DNA of 64,000 nucleotides from Thermoplasmatota archaeon (GCA_041601615.1 JBFIHX010000005.1:136548-200547), one strand, 5' to 3'. Shown: positions 27,801 to 37,737, numbered from the stretch's first letter. Notes: generated by a model not told the origin, from the letters alone. Made by a program: numbers and translations.

Positions 27801-28827
27801 GTTTGAAGTGGGTCAATCCCTTCTGGGTTGCCGGGCCGTAGCCACTGAACCACGCGCCGGTTCCCGGGCCCAGTTCATCCTGGAGCGTAGAAGCGCCGAC
27901 AGAAAGGACTCCAGGCCAAGCGCCAGGGACGGACAAATATCCCATGAATGGACCGTTGCCGGCAGATGCCACGACGATTGCGCCAGATGCGACCGCTTGG
28001 TCCACAGCGTCCCGTAGGGGCCCGTATGTGCCACAGGAACTGATCGGGCAGCTGAGGGCCATCAGGATTACATCGTGGTGGTCGCTTGTGTCGCCATCGC
28101 CATTGGGGTCCATGGCATGTACGAGGGCGCTGACGATGGAATGCATGAAAATCCATCCCTGATTGCTCACCTTGTAGCTGAACAGCGATGCGCTGGGGGC
28201 GATGCCCTTCAGGGTGCCGTTGCCGGCGGCGATGGCGGCCACATGGGTGCCGTGGCCATGTTCGTCCATCGGGTCGGTGTCGTCGCTGCCGTGATCGTAC
28301 CCGCCGGCTACCTTGCAACCGGGCCCAAAGCATCCGCCTAGATCACTATGCAAGTAGTCGATGCCGCTGTCGATGACGGCGATTTCGATGCCTTTGCCCG
28401 TGGCCGCTGTGCCGGCGGTGCCGTTCCAGACCGCGGGTGCGCCAATCAAAGAGGCCGCGGATCCAGACTGGAACGTGATGTCCTGTGGTGGGTGTTGGGC
28501 GAGTCCTTGCGCCACCAATTGATGCTCCATCACGGGCGATACGCGGGCCTCGACCCAGTCGATGATGGGGCGGTGATCGCGGACAACCTGCACTTGGCCA
28601 GGCCACTGGGCCTCTAGATCACACGGTGCAGGGCATGCGCGACTGCTCGCATCCAGCAACAAGGTGGACCATCCATCGGTGGCGGCTCCTTCCAATGCGT
28701 CGTTCGTGGCATCTGTTTCCTTTGCAACCAGGGCACCTGTAGAGCCAGTGGCCAAGAGCAAGACCAGGCAGAAGGCCGCGATTTTTGGAGCCGAGGAGGC
28801 CGAGGCGAGAAACACATCAGGTACCAA
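24865..28827 (-). CDS. Large secreted S8 subtilase with Cys-rich repeats and a Cys-rich C-terminal region
   Basis: Signal peptide; catalytic triad VIDSG, HGHGTHVA, SGTSMS; KPDLVAPG. Confidence 0.9.
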   Translation of the reverse strand: MVPDVFLASASSAPKIAAFCLVLLLATGSTGALVAKETDATNDALEGAATDGWSTLLLDASSRACPAPCDLEAQWPGQVQVVRDHRPIIDWVEARVSPVMEHQLVAQGLAQHPPQDITFQSGSAASLIGAPAVWNGTAGTAATGKGIEIAVIDSGIDYLHSDLGGCFGPGCKVAGGYDHGSDDTDPMDEHGHGTHVAAIAAGNGTLKGIAPSASLFSYKVSNQGWIFMHSIVSALVHAMDPNGDGDTSDHHDVILMALSCPISSCGTYGPLRDAVDQAVASGAIVVASAGNGPFMGYLSVPGAWPGVLSVGASTLQDELGPGTGAWFSGYGPATQKGLTHFKPDLVAPGVAICAARASVVGSGTSYECHDADHIALSGTSMSAAVGAGAVALLLEQNPNQGADEIRSRLRVSAVDTDLTIPNYQGAGRLDVAGAATMDALTSVPHPTVHSSTDPRFKVDVHGTGTVSWTLERAPCDCNAYWSRSVEEWQVIATGNLTTPGTFDEPLTQSPSGWDQLFRVRFLDDRGIEAVEHMMQTQRSTPETTGYHPLQDAVVSTSSWNNAANAATFDGTPAWTANIDPTQPVEWVEVSVSMDGGATWTGGVREPLNHYFEHDWLHYGWPIETPGKTLADVQANDVMARVVASTGQVQEIRNVQLPGDPDLPLKKLDIQVSIRLENYAPGWREPVVVDVEETIDFDQARQDVEGVGAALHQQVCNIPLACVIENPFQTINNPQEAEHKVCRDQGICVNQWIESTMQTVDQSVQLLCDSLDGGCGPAAPPSFPSDPCSLLDGGCPDPCSLLDGGCPDPCSLLDGGCPDPCPYPGGCPNPELSELDPENPPGAITVGAYQEEDQPWWRLELTGASARAHIPDQPTNNVAYNFETHQIINRTTCIAECREVAVDASGAAPIFAVKGYQLSDPYYGTNFQGNHETVSIVRCLDADCNQTTSRVLDGNAPCPTNCHHKWNTGHGVQIQRTSDDKVLLTYAGNQFFDGTFSLFVTACQDANCSGDVEYRIVAGARNGCPAACAHEDQQAFKSRIGISPTGDTVLAYQYQAYAGWEHFGLGFIRCHTPDCMGDLTRTNLLGANCAPQGCENVQHKTFDRSDIYWRDGLPVIVVYPSLEVIGPGMARPSGEPVIIECHDRDCSEATYRVLRDKDVKAGRFGFNPDGPSTFAFSDQGAVFSAAELGRCLSQWCTEKHWNPFSTGGVAFDGGLSCPLGCDPWSKSVLGPAVSHVAYNDTGIPWVLFSTYNNRDLRFVQCGDTTCGPGNSYQHLDGHSGCISIGCDPLRSLYNFDVDTDPNGRTHVVYADGEGAYLTRRS
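26375..26473 (+). repeat. 33-bp perfect tandem repeat x3 (DPCSLLDGGCP on the minus strand)
   Basis: TCAGGACAACCACCGTCAAGCAAGGAGCAGGGG at 26375, 26408 and 26441, plus degenerate flanking copies. Confidence 0.95.
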
Positions 28828-28972
28828 TCTTGGGGCAGCTTAACCGTTTGCAGTGACTCTAAGGCTGGGTCAAGGAAACTCCACGATCCTGCTGTGCAGG
28901 GTCCGAAAGGGGCTAAGATTCGAACGACGCCACCAATCTCCCTAAGTATCTGTGCCGCCGCCTTTCCTGTTG

Positions 28973-30514
28973 ATGTCGACTCTCCGTGTCCTGCTTGTGA
29001 TGTCTGCTCTGGCTCTATCTGGCTGTGTGGATGGCCTTGTTCCTGGCGCCGAGCCCGTAGGTTCCGCCTCGGAGCAGGCCATGCACCAAAGTGACCCTGA
29101 GGATTCCCACGATGGCATGGGCATGCGTACCCACGGCGAAGGACATGCGGGCGGCGCCGGGATGAACGATCACAACGCCCAGACGGGTATGGAGCGACCG
29201 GGATTCCAGGAAGGAGAGGGCCGCGTTCCGTCGGCGGATGATGCAAAGTCCTTGCCGCAGTTGTCGCGGATTCGCATCATCGGCGACGAGCAGTTCCGGC
29301 CCGCCAACGGTGTCGCCTCGGGCAATGGAACCCTCGCAGATCCCTTTGTCATTGAGGGATGGTATGTCACGGGCGACTTCACGATCCAAGACACGGACGC
29401 CTGCGTGGTGGTCCGTGAGAATTACATCGGCGGGCAACTTTCCTTGAACTGGAACGGGCCATGTGTGCACGCCCATCACAACTTCATTCGCGACCTACGG
29501 GTCAATGAAAACATCCGCCGCACGGGTTACGCCACCGGCGGCTACATCGAGCAAAACGACATCGAAATCGTTGGCCAACTGCGCCACTACGACGGCGTAT
29601 TCCGCTCCAACATCGTCGGCCCCGCTGGCCCCGACAGCTTGTTTGATGCTGTCCTTGAAACGGTACCCTACATTTGGATCAAGGACCCGCGTGTGGCCAA
29701 CATCGACGGCTTCAACCAAGGCATCATCGAGGGCAACACCTTCTACGGCAGCGTTGACTTGGATTTGCATGGTCACCACCATGGTACTGGCTTCTTTGCC
29801 CCGCACAGCCACTACCACGGCGACAACGAGACCAAGAAAATGCCCCATGACCACACCCAGCGCTGGACCAGTGTCTCCTTCGTGGGCAACACCGTCATTG
29901 ACCCAGACGGCTACGGATTGCGCTACGAGGACCGCAATCATGCCGGCGACGACCGCGTTGCGACCTCCGAGCAAGAAGAGACCCTTGATCTGGAGCATGT
30001 GCATCATGAGCGCATCGAACTCGTGGGCAACACCGTCGAAGGTGCGGGCATTTGGATCGACGTGCTTGGTGCCGAAGACAAGCAACACACGGGCTCCAAC
30101 GACGTGGCGCTCTTGGTGGCAGACAATACGGTGCACCTCGTTCGCCGCGACGCGGGGCCGCTGGGCATCTACGGCAGCTACGAGTCCACCGTCGGCATCC
30201 TCGTGCAGACGGCCCGCGACATGGACCTCGTCATTCGCGACAACCGCATCACGGTGGACGCCAAACAGCAGGCCTCTTCGGATCCCACTGGAGGCTGGCT
30301 CGGAATCCTAGATTCGGATCAGTCTTACCGGGCGATTGGCCTCAACCGCATGACGGACGGCGACATCACCATCGCTCGCAACATCGCCCTCGGCTTCGAT
30401 GTGGGCGTGGCAGCGGACCGGTTCGAAAACGTAGCGTGGCGTATGGTTGGCAACGACTTTGGCGGCGCACAGGAATTTTCGGCCGACGACACCGTTCCGA
30501 TGCCGGGAAGGTGA
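28973..30514 (+). CDS. His-rich lipoprotein with a parallel beta-helix (PbH1/NosD-like)
   Basis: LSGC lipobox; GNGTLADPFVIEGW motif typical of archaeal beta-helix proteins; HGHHH...HSHYHG insert. Confidence 0.75.
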   Translation: MSTLRVLLVMSALALSGCVDGLVPGAEPVGSASEQAMHQSDPEDSHDGMGMRTHGEGHAGGAGMNDHNAQTGMERPGFQEGEGRVPSADDAKSLPQLSRIRIIGDEQFRPANGVASGNGTLADPFVIEGWYVTGDFTIQDTDACVVVRENYIGGQLSLNWNGPCVHAHHNFIRDLRVNENIRRTGYATGGYIEQNDIEIVGQLRHYDGVFRSNIVGPAGPDSLFDAVLETVPYIWIKDPRVANIDGFNQGIIEGNTFYGSVDLDLHGHHHGTGFFAPHSHYHGDNETKKMPHDHTQRWTSVSFVGNTVIDPDGYGLRYEDRNHAGDDRVATSEQEETLDLEHVHHERIELVGNTVEGAGIWIDVLGAEDKQHTGSNDVALLVADNTVHLVRRDAGPLGIYGSYESTVGILVQTARDMDLVIRDNRITVDAKQQASSDPTGGWLGILDSDQSYRAIGLNRMTDGDITIARNIALGFDVGVAADRFENVAWRMVGNDFGGAQEFSADDTVPMPGR

Positions 30515-30572
30515 GTGTTTGCTCCGTTTGCATGACCACAACCCATAAACCGGCAGGGGTAACCTGCTTGCT

Positions 30573-31577
30573 ATGCGCGCATGGCCTGTGTTGCTTTTGT
30601 TGCTGACTGCCCTCTCCGGATGCACAGGAGGCGACGGTGGCTCAGGGCCCGGTGGCGAGCAAGGTACGAATGGTGTCGACCGATCGAATGTGCCCGCCGC
30701 GCCTCTGCCCGAATGGCGTGTTGGCGACTACTGGGGTTACTCGGACAACCTCGGCAATCAGTTCAACTTGGTTGTGGCCGGCGACTCGGGAACGAGTTGG
30801 GACGTGCGCGCCAACGACAAGCAAATTGCCCGCTTCGATGCCCTGTTTGACATCAGCTTCGTGGGCCCCACGCGCAAGTCCGACTTGGCTGGCCAACAGG
30901 GAACGGAGCCCGTCAAATTCTACGACTTTCCGCTCGTTGATGGCAAATCCTGGATGACGCCTTGGGATGGCGAGAGCCGCCATGTCACGGTGGATGCCCT
31001 CGAGGACGGTACCTTCTACGTTCTGGTACACGCCGGAGGCAACGAGAATGGTGACAAGTTTGCGGACTACGTCTATGATCCACTCGTGGGTCATTTTTCC
31101 AGCATTGCCTTCTATGAGCCCAACGGCACGGTCAGCTACGCGGCAAGCCTTACGGACAACGGCCACGATTTCACCGGAACCCTGTATCAGTTTGGTGCCA
31201 CGGAGGTCCTCATCAATCGGACTGTCGAGCGAGGCGGCTACCACATGGAGGCGTTTACGATTCCCGATGAAACCGGCGAAATGAATCTCTTGGCCATCGT
31301 TGACTGCCGGGGGCAGCAAGGCGCAGTCCTGTATGCGGTCCAAGCACCCCAGGAAGACGGATCCCAGGCACCCTTCATTCCGACACCCTTCATTGAAACC
31401 AGTGATGTGGTGTTTGGTGAAGATCAGCCTTGTCCCGACAGCGATGGGGTTTCCAATTGGCGCGAGGACGACCCGCGAGCTGGAACGTGGCGCTTCGATG
31501 CGGTGAACGGTCATGCCAGCACCTCGTTCGTGTTCCAAGCCACTTGGACTCCGCGCACGGACCTTGTCTTCAGTTGA
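30573..31577 (+). CDS. Lipoprotein of unknown function
   Basis: LSGC lipobox; PEWRVGDYWGY and YDFPLVDGKSW motifs. Confidence 0.8.
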   Translation: MRAWPVLLLLLTALSGCTGGDGGSGPGGEQGTNGVDRSNVPAAPLPEWRVGDYWGYSDNLGNQFNLVVAGDSGTSWDVRANDKQIARFDALFDISFVGPTRKSDLAGQQGTEPVKFYDFPLVDGKSWMTPWDGESRHVTVDALEDGTFYVLVHAGGNENGDKFADYVYDPLVGHFSSIAFYEPNGTVSYAASLTDNGHDFTGTLYQFGATEVLINRTVERGGYHMEAFTIPDETGEMNLLAIVDCRGQQGAVLYAVQAPQEDGSQAPFIPTPFIETSDVVFGEDQPCPDSDGVSNWREDDPRAGTWRFDAVNGHASTSFVFQATWTPRTDLVFS

Positions 31578-31616
31578 GGGCGCCCACTCAAGTACAAGTC
31601 CTGCCTGGAAGTTTCC

Positions 31617-32273
31617 ATGGCCCAGACGCGCTGGTACCGGGAGCGCCTGAACGACTCCTACTTCAAGGCGGCCAAGAAGGCGGGCTATCGCGCTCGCAGT
31701 GCGTTCAAGCTCCAGCAAATCAACAACCAGTTCAAGGTCGTCAAACCTGGCGACGCGGTCATCGATCTTGGTTGCGCGCCCGGCGGTTGGGCCCAGGTGC
31801 TTGTCGAGATGGTCGGCGAGGAAGGCCTTGTGTTGGGCGTGGATTTGCAAAAGACTCGGCCAATGGAGGGTGCTCGGTTCATCCAGGGCGATTTTACGCT
31901 CGATGAGACCCGCTCCCGCATGACGGCGATCCTCGCGGCGGCCGGTCGGTCGGACCTCGACGTGGTGGTCAGCGACATGGCGCCGGACATGAGCGGCAAC
32001 TACGACTTGGACCAGTTTCGTAGCGTCCACCTTTCGATGCTCGCGGTGCAGTTTGCCGACCTGCACTTGAAGCTCGGTGGGCACTTCGTTTGCAAGGTCT
32101 TCGAGGGTGCCGATTTCATGGAGATTCGCGAGATGGTTTTGAAGCGCTTCCGCAAGGTGCGCCAAGTGCACCCTGCCGCCAGTCGCAAGCAGAGCAGCGA
32201 AGTCTACCTGGTGGGCCTGGGCTACCGCGGCACGGACATGGCGGGCGAAGACGACGACGGCGAAGAAGAGTAA
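31617..32273 (+). CDS. rlmE: 23S rRNA Um2552 methyltransferase RlmE/FtsJ
   Basis: GYRARSAFKL, DLGCAPGGW, SDMAP, KVFEG, SRKQSSEVY. Confidence 0.96.
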   Translation: MAQTRWYRERLNDSYFKAAKKAGYRARSAFKLQQINNQFKVVKPGDAVIDLGCAPGGWAQVLVEMVGEEGLVLGVDLQKTRPMEGARFIQGDFTLDETRSRMTAILAAAGRSDLDVVVSDMAPDMSGNYDLDQFRSVHLSMLAVQFADLHLKLGGHFVCKVFEGADFMEIREMVLKRFRKVRQVHPAASRKQSSEVYLVGLGYRGTDMAGEDDDGEEE

Positions 32274-32335
32274 GTCTGGGTGATGAATTCCCGCCCGGGC
32301 GCAACGCAACATTCACTTTCCCTGGGGTCGATGGC

Positions 32336-32887
32336 ATGATGATGCCTTCCCGCCGCGGCCCCCGTTGGGTGTTCTGGCCTGCCAAGCTGTTGTGGGTGCC
32401 GTCGTTGGTCTTGGGTGCTTGGATGACCTTCGTGTCGCGGCCGTCCGTGGATGCTCTGGGAGGCGGCGCGTTTCGTGTTGGGCTTCGTTTCTTTGATTCC
32501 GCGAGTTGGAGCGCGCATCCTGTGACGCATGGCACTGGGGTCGTGTTGCTGCTGGCGGGTCTTGTGCTCTTGGCGATGTACTTGTGGACTCCTGGGCCTG
32601 ACGGCGTCGGGGTCGTGGAGGAGTTTCCTCTGTGGACTTTGGCGGCGTGGGCCTTTGCGGCTGTGGCGTTGGGTGCCGCCCTTCGCTGGAATGGTCACGT
32701 CTGGGACGTTGCCTTGGATGGGATTTCGTGGCGGTTTTTGTTGTCGCTGCGGGCGCACCCGTTGGACCGCGTCGTTGCCATCGTTGCGCTTGTACTGGCT
32801 GTGGTTTGTTCTGCCGTGTCGTATGGCCGGGCGCTGGAATCGAAGTACATGGTGGACGACGGGCGCTCGTCGGCCATGGACTCCTAA
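32336..32887 (+). CDS. Hypothetical membrane protein (4 TM)
   Basis: Four hydrophobic segments after the MMMPS start. Confidence 0.6.
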   Translation: MMMPSRRGPRWVFWPAKLLWVPSLVLGAWMTFVSRPSVDALGGGAFRVGLRFFDSASWSAHPVTHGTGVVLLLAGLVLLAMYLWTPGPDGVGVVEEFPLWTLAAWAFAAVALGAALRWNGHVWDVALDGISWRFLLSLRAHPLDRVVAIVALVLAVVCSAVSYGRALESKYMVDDGRSSAMDS

Positions 32888-32917
32888 TTGTTGCTCGTCG
32901 CTTGCGATACCTTTGCC

Positions 32918-34438
32918 TCACTCTTCTAGGCCTGGCCGGCGGCGAAAGCGTACGCCCGCCAAAGCCGTGAAGGCCCCGAGCGCAAGCAATATCCAGGCAA
33001 TGGGGCTGTTGGTGGTCCACGCGGATTGGTCGCCGGCGGAGAGCAAAAGGAGGGGCCGCTCGGCGCCCACGGAGTCATAGCCGATGCTGAGCGGGTCGTT
33101 GGCGTAGTCCAGGTCGCCAATGGCGGGTCCGGCGTATTTGAGGGCGCGTCCTTGGAGGAAGGCGTCGCGGTCGCCTATGGTTTGCACGGCGAGGTTGTAG
33201 GCTTGTCGCACGTCGAGGTAGCCGGCGCCGACGCGGTATTCGGCGTCAGCCATGGGTTTGGCTGTGGCAACCAGGATGTCCATCACTTGGTCGGGGCTCA
33301 AGTCGGGGTTCGCGGCTTGCACGAGTGCGGCAGCACCTGCAACGTGGGGGGTCGCCATGCTCGAGCCACTGCGGTCCAGGTACAGTGGTTCGCCGCCGCC
33401 GGTGAGGGTTGTGGGGATGCTGGCTCCAATCAGTCGGTCGGTGCTGCGGATGTCGATGCCGGGGGCGGTAAGATCGGGGTGCTCGTAGGCCGGAACGCCG
33501 GGGCCGGGTTTGAGGCCCATGCTGCTGAAGCTTGCGCGGGCTCCTTGCAGGTCGCCGGCGGCAACACAGAGGACCCAGGTGGGTTTGCAGTGGCGGTTCA
33601 GGCTGCCTTCGATTCCGTCGTTGCCGGCGGAGAACACCACGACCATGCCGGCTTCGTAGAGTTTGAACGTGGCTCTTGTGACGGGGTGGCTGGGAGAGAG
33701 ATCGCCGGAACTTCCCCAGGAGTTGCTGACGACGCGTAGGTCGAAGGCCTTGCGGTTTTCGAGGGCCCATTCGAAGCCTTCCAAGGCGCTGGCGGCGTCC
33801 ACGGCGATTTCGTTGGGGTCCAGGGCGTCGTTGCTTGCTTGGAAGCTGACCATGCGGCCGTTGCTGTAGACGCCTTCGTAGCGGCCGTGTCGGGGGTCGG
33901 TGGTGCCTAGGGCGTTGCCGGAGCCGGCGACGATGCCTGCGACGTGGCTACCGTGTCCGCTGCGGTCGCCTAGTTCTGTTTGCACGCCGTCGATGAGGCC
34001 GCCGGATCGTTTGGCGGCGAGGCTTGCGATGATGTTGCCGGCTTGAAAATCGGGGTGCAGCGCGTCGATTCCTGTGTCCACCACGAGCACGGTGGGGCCG
34101 AGTCGTTGGTTGCCGGTGGCTTGGCGGACGCGATCGGCTCCCACGTAGGGAACACTTTGGTCCAGGTGCAGGCGTTCGGGGGTGTTGGGCCATGCCGTGG
34201 CGCCGAGTGTTTCTAGCGCCGGGATGCTGGAGGCGGGCGCTTGGATGGCGGCCATCCCAAGCAAGGGGTAGCGGTGCACTGGAAGTCCTGCGTCTTCGGC
34301 CCATGATAGTGCTGCTTCGAGCGTGCCGTGGTCTGTGGTGAGCAGCCAAATGGGCAATGCTTCGGCTGTTTGTGCACTGGCGGCGGGGCTTGGCGTCGAA
34401 ATCAGCAACAGCAATCCCAGCAGCAGCGCCCGGCGCAC
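32918..34438 (-). CDS. Membrane-anchored S8 serine protease
   Basis: Signal peptide; VDTG, GHGSHVAG, SGSSMATPHVAG triad; C-terminal TM+RRR. Confidence 0.92.
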   Translation of the reverse strand: MRRALLLGLLLLISTPSPAASAQTAEALPIWLLTTDHGTLEAALSWAEDAGLPVHRYPLLGMAAIQAPASSIPALETLGATAWPNTPERLHLDQSVPYVGADRVRQATGNQRLGPTVLVVDTGIDALHPDFQAGNIIASLAAKRSGGLIDGVQTELGDRSGHGSHVAGIVAGSGNALGTTDPRHGRYEGVYSNGRMVSFQASNDALDPNEIAVDAASALEGFEWALENRKAFDLRVVSNSWGSSGDLSPSHPVTRATFKLYEAGMVVVFSAGNDGIEGSLNRHCKPTWVLCVAAGDLQGARASFSSMGLKPGPGVPAYEHPDLTAPGIDIRSTDRLIGASIPTTLTGGGEPLYLDRSGSSMATPHVAGAAALVQAANPDLSPDQVMDILVATAKPMADAEYRVGAGYLDVRQAYNLAVQTIGDRDAFLQGRALKYAGPAIGDLDYANDPLSIGYDSVGAERPLLLLSAGDQSAWTTNSPIAWILLALGAFTALAGVRFRRRPGLEE

Positions 34439-34502
34439 GGTGCCAATGGAGCGTGTGCGTTTATTGGGGTTGTGGATGCCTCTGGCGATGGCGTGCCCGG
34501 GC

Positions 34503-35051
34503 CTAGCGCCTCTTTGCGTCCCGTTCGAATGAGGCGCGGATTTCGGCGAGGGGCGGGGGGTTGGGCCAGCTTCGGCTGATGCGGTGCAGCCAGTGGCCGC
34601 GCACGAGGTCGTGGAAGTACTGTTCGTGGTTCCATTCGACTTCGGCCATGCGCAAAAATTCGTCCACGTACCAGGCGAGGTTGGCTGCAAGCGCGAGTCT
34701 TGCGGCGTCTTCGTATTCGCGGATGTTGCGCCGTTCGATGCGCCCAGCACCATACATGGGTGCGTACCAGCCGCCTACGAAACAGAAGGCTGCGATCAGC
34801 AAGCCGATGACTGCGGCGTTGGCGTTGCGGATGCGGGAGGGTTTGGAGCCGAGTTTGGCAAGGATTTGCTCGATGCGTTGGATGTGTGCCAGCTCTTCGA
34901 GTCGGATTTGGCGCACGGCGGCGCGTTGCTCGTCGTTGCGCAGCGATCGCCAATGGCCTCCGTAGGCGCGTACGGCAGCGCGTTCTCCGGCGACAGCTTT
35001 GCGAAGGCGTCGGATGAGGGCGGCCCGGGCTGATCGGGCGTCCTGGGCCAT
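34503..35051 (-). CDS. Ferritin-like / Coq7 (demethoxyubiquinone hydroxylase)-like di-iron protein
   Basis: GERAAVRAYGGH, EELAH, IERRN and EVEWNHE di-iron pattern. Confidence 0.75.
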   Translation of the reverse strand: MAQDARSARAALIRRLRKAVAGERAAVRAYGGHWRSLRNDEQRAAVRQIRLEELAHIQRIEQILAKLGSKPSRIRNANAAVIGLLIAAFCFVGGWYAPMYGAGRIERRNIREYEDAARLALAANLAWYVDEFLRMAEVEWNHEQYFHDLVRGHWLHRISRSWPNPPPLAEIRASFERDAKRR

Positions 35052-35076
35052 GGCGGTGCCGAGTGGCAAGGGTGGT

Positions 35077-36210
35077 TCAAGGGTTCGCAGCGGAACCGGC
35101 CAGGGCTTGGACGGTTTGGCGGAGGGTCTTCATGTCGGCGTTGGTCCGAATTCCGACCGGATCCATGTGGGTGCGGGTGGCCATGAAGCCTGCGTCCTCA
35201 AGGGTTGCCATGAATTTGTCGCGGCGAGGCGCGTCGCCGCCGGCAAGTCGCCGCAGGAGCTTGGGTTCGATCCACCACGCGGGAGCTTCTGCTTCGGCAA
35301 GGAGGGCGTCGAGCAAGGACACGGATCGGTCGTCGATGCAGTCATCCAGGGCGGCTTGCATTCCGGTTAGGACGGTGGCGTCGTGCATGGCTCCGGTCCA
35401 GAGCGGCCCGGCCCAGGCGCCTTCGGCGGGAGGTGTGCGAACGAAGGAGGGCAAGTCGAGTGGGTCGGTGGCGTCGGCGTAGCCGAGGGTCCGGAGGGCT
35501 CGATCCGCATCGCCTCGTCCGTCGGTGACGCGCAGGACGACACGCATCCAGTGGCCGCCAAAGACGGACCACACCGGAGTCGCTGCGCGGTCGAGTCGTC
35601 CGGCTGCCATGACGGCGGCTCCTGCGAGGATGCGAAGGCCTGCTTCGGCGCCCCAGGGGGTTTGGTGCATGCCGTGCCAGGCGGCGTAGCGGCGTCGACA
35701 CACACGCGGATAGGTGCCACACAAGGCGGCGGTGTCGGTGGCGGTGAGGCAGACGTAGCCGTTGTGCCGAGTGGCGCGGACGGCGGCGTCCAGGAAGGGT
35801 GCGGGGCTGCCAAACGGATCAATGTCTACGAGATCGAATCGTTGGTCGGAGAGGAATGTGAATGCGTTGCCCAGTTTTGCCTTCAATCGTTCGGGCGCGA
35901 TGCCGTTGCGGGCGCGGGAAGCTAGCATGGCTTCGATGGCGGCGGGGTCGCCGTCGTTCGCGTGCACCACGAGGGGGGCATCCACTTCGTTGGCAAAACG
36001 CAGCGAGCGAGCACCGGCTCCGCAGAGGGCGTCGGCGATGTCCAGTTCCCGACCCCGTTCGCGGGCCATGTGGCGCACGAGCAGGAGGGTCAGGTCGCGG
36101 TTGCGTCGCATCGCGGGGTTGTAGAACGGTGCCTCTTTGCTGATGGCGCCGGGGCCGGTGTTCTCGGAGGCAGAAACCGGGAGGAGGGTGCGGCCCTCGA
36201 CCGCGTCCAT
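35077..36210 (-). CDS. trm1: tRNA (guanine26-N2)-dimethyltransferase Trm1
   Basis: FYNPAMRRNRD, GARSLR, DIDPFGSP, TATDTAAL, GPLWTG, TH...GIRTNA. Confidence 0.93.
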   Translation of the reverse strand: MDAVEGRTLLPVSASENTGPGAISKEAPFYNPAMRRNRDLTLLLVRHMARERGRELDIADALCGAGARSLRFANEVDAPLVVHANDGDPAAIEAMLASRARNGIAPERLKAKLGNAFTFLSDQRFDLVDIDPFGSPAPFLDAAVRATRHNGYVCLTATDTAALCGTYPRVCRRRYAAWHGMHQTPWGAEAGLRILAGAAVMAAGRLDRAATPVWSVFGGHWMRVVLRVTDGRGDADRALRTLGYADATDPLDLPSFVRTPPAEGAWAGPLWTGAMHDATVLTGMQAALDDCIDDRSVSLLDALLAEAEAPAWWIEPKLLRRLAGGDAPRRDKFMATLEDAGFMATRTHMDPVGIRTNADMKTLRQTVQALAGSAANP

Positions 36211-36794
36211 CAGTAGTAGGTGGTCTGAAGGTGGTCCTTCAGCAGCTTCTCGATCTTGTAGGGAAGCAGGTTCTTGTTGACTGCGGTGACTTCCAAGATG
36301 CGTACGTCGTCGCGGCGGCGAAGGTCCTGCAATAGGGGGTTGCGGCTCTTCTTGTGCAGCGTCATGATGATGGGCTTGGGGCAGTCGAGTGCCTTCTTGA
36401 CGGCGGCGTTGAAGGCTTCCGAGTGCATCTCCATTTTGCCGACTTCGTCGATGATGATGATGTCCACTTCTTCGTCTTCGATGCTGTCCAGGATGGCTTT
36501 GACTCCGATGCGGTCCAAGGGGTCGATGTCGACGTGGTAGACGCCGTCGTCGGTTTCGGTTTTGAACTTGGAGTCGAACTCCTTGCTGGAGAACACTTCT
36601 TTTTCGCCGGTTTCCCAGTTTTCGACGTAGAAGCCCACGCGTTCGTCGCCGGGGGGCGGCCGGTAGGCGCGGGTGATCATTCCGCCGACGACGAAATCGT
36701 CGCGTTCGAGCTTGCGGCAGATGGCGGCCAACGTGGCGGTCTTGCCCACGTTTGGAAGGCCCGTGATGCCGATCTTCGGCTTTGTCTCGTGCAT
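36210..36794 (-). CDS. Nucleoside triphosphatase, THEP1/NTPase_1 family
   Basis: ITGLPNVGKT Walker A; IIDEVGKME. Confidence 0.92.
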   Translation of the reverse strand: MHETKPKIGITGLPNVGKTATLAAICRKLERDDFVVGGMITRAYRPPPGDERVGFYVENWETGEKEVFSSKEFDSKFKTETDDGVYHVDIDPLDRIGVKAILDSIEDEEVDIIIIDEVGKMEMHSEAFNAAVKKALDCPKPIIMTLHKKSRNPLLQDLRRRDDVRILEVTAVNKNLLPYKIEKLLKDHLQTTYY

Positions 36795-36939
36795 GGGGGC
36801 GTTCCTCTCTTGGCGATGGGCAATGCGTGGACTTACTAAAGGAGACCGCACCGAGCGCGGCGAGTTCCAGTGCAAAGTGGCGGTGGGTGATGACGTGGTC
36901 ATGGAGCTTTGGGCGGGGTTGCGTGGGTCCGTTTTTGGG

Positions 36940-37737
36940 TCATGCAAGCGCTGCGGTTGCTTCCTGGGCGTCCATGAGTTCGAGGGTGGTCTGCAACCGT
37001 TGGGTTGGGTCGTAGACGACGTAGCGGCTGATGCGTCGGGCTTCCACGAGACCGGCTTCGCGTAGGCGGGCAAGGTGTTTGCTGGCGGCCGGGTTTTGGA
37101 TGCCGAGGTCTTCGCAGAGTCCTTTTTGGTGGATGCCGGGGTTGTTTGCGATGGCGCGGGCGAGGTTGTAGGCGCTTGGTTGTTGGAGTGTGGCCCAGCC
37201 GCCTCGGACGCGGGCTTCGGGGGTGTTGGCCAGGAAGTAGCGGTGGTGGTTGATGCGTCGGTCGTCGACAAGTTCGCCGCTGCGTGCGAGGCGGTCGAGG
37301 TGGTAGACGGCGGTGCCCCAGGCGATGTCGAGGGCGTTGCGTACCTCCATGATGGTGGCGCCGGGGTGGTCGTGGATGTATTCGCGCACGCGGCGGCGGA
37401 TGGGGTTTTCGAGCAGGTGTTCGGGGGCGATTCTGGACCAGAAGCCGAGCAGGGGCAGGAGCACGGCGAATCGAAGGAGGCGGCCGAGGCCGGGGCCCGC
37501 GTAGGCGAGTCCCAGAAGCAGGATTTTGCCGGCGGCTGTGAATGCGAGCAGGGCCGGCAAGGCCCACCAGAGGCTCCATCCGTCGCGGCTGGCGGCGGTT
37601 TGGGTGCCCGCTTCGGCGGAGCGCACGCCTTGTTCGAGTTCGTCTGTGAGATCGATGGGGTGGGGGTCGATGCTGCCGCCGACGAATAGGAACGCACCGG
37701 CGAGGGCTAGGAGCAGCAGGGCGGGTTGTGGCTTCAT
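36940..37737 (-). CDS. Membrane-anchored double winged-HTH transcriptional regulator
   Basis: N-terminal hydrophobic segments, then two wHTH repeats (HPGAT...YHLDRL; NPGIHQ...HLARLREAGLV). Confidence 0.85.
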   Translation of the reverse strand: MKPQPALLLLALAGAFLFVGGSIDPHPIDLTDELEQGVRSAEAGTQTAASRDGWSLWWALPALLAFTAAGKILLLGLAYAGPGLGRLLRFAVLLPLLGFWSRIAPEHLLENPIRRRVREYIHDHPGATIMEVRNALDIAWGTAVYHLDRLARSGELVDDRRINHHRYFLANTPEARVRGGWATLQQPSAYNLARAIANNPGIHQKGLCEDLGIQNPAASKHLARLREAGLVEARRISRYVVYDPTQRLQTTLELMDAQEATAALA

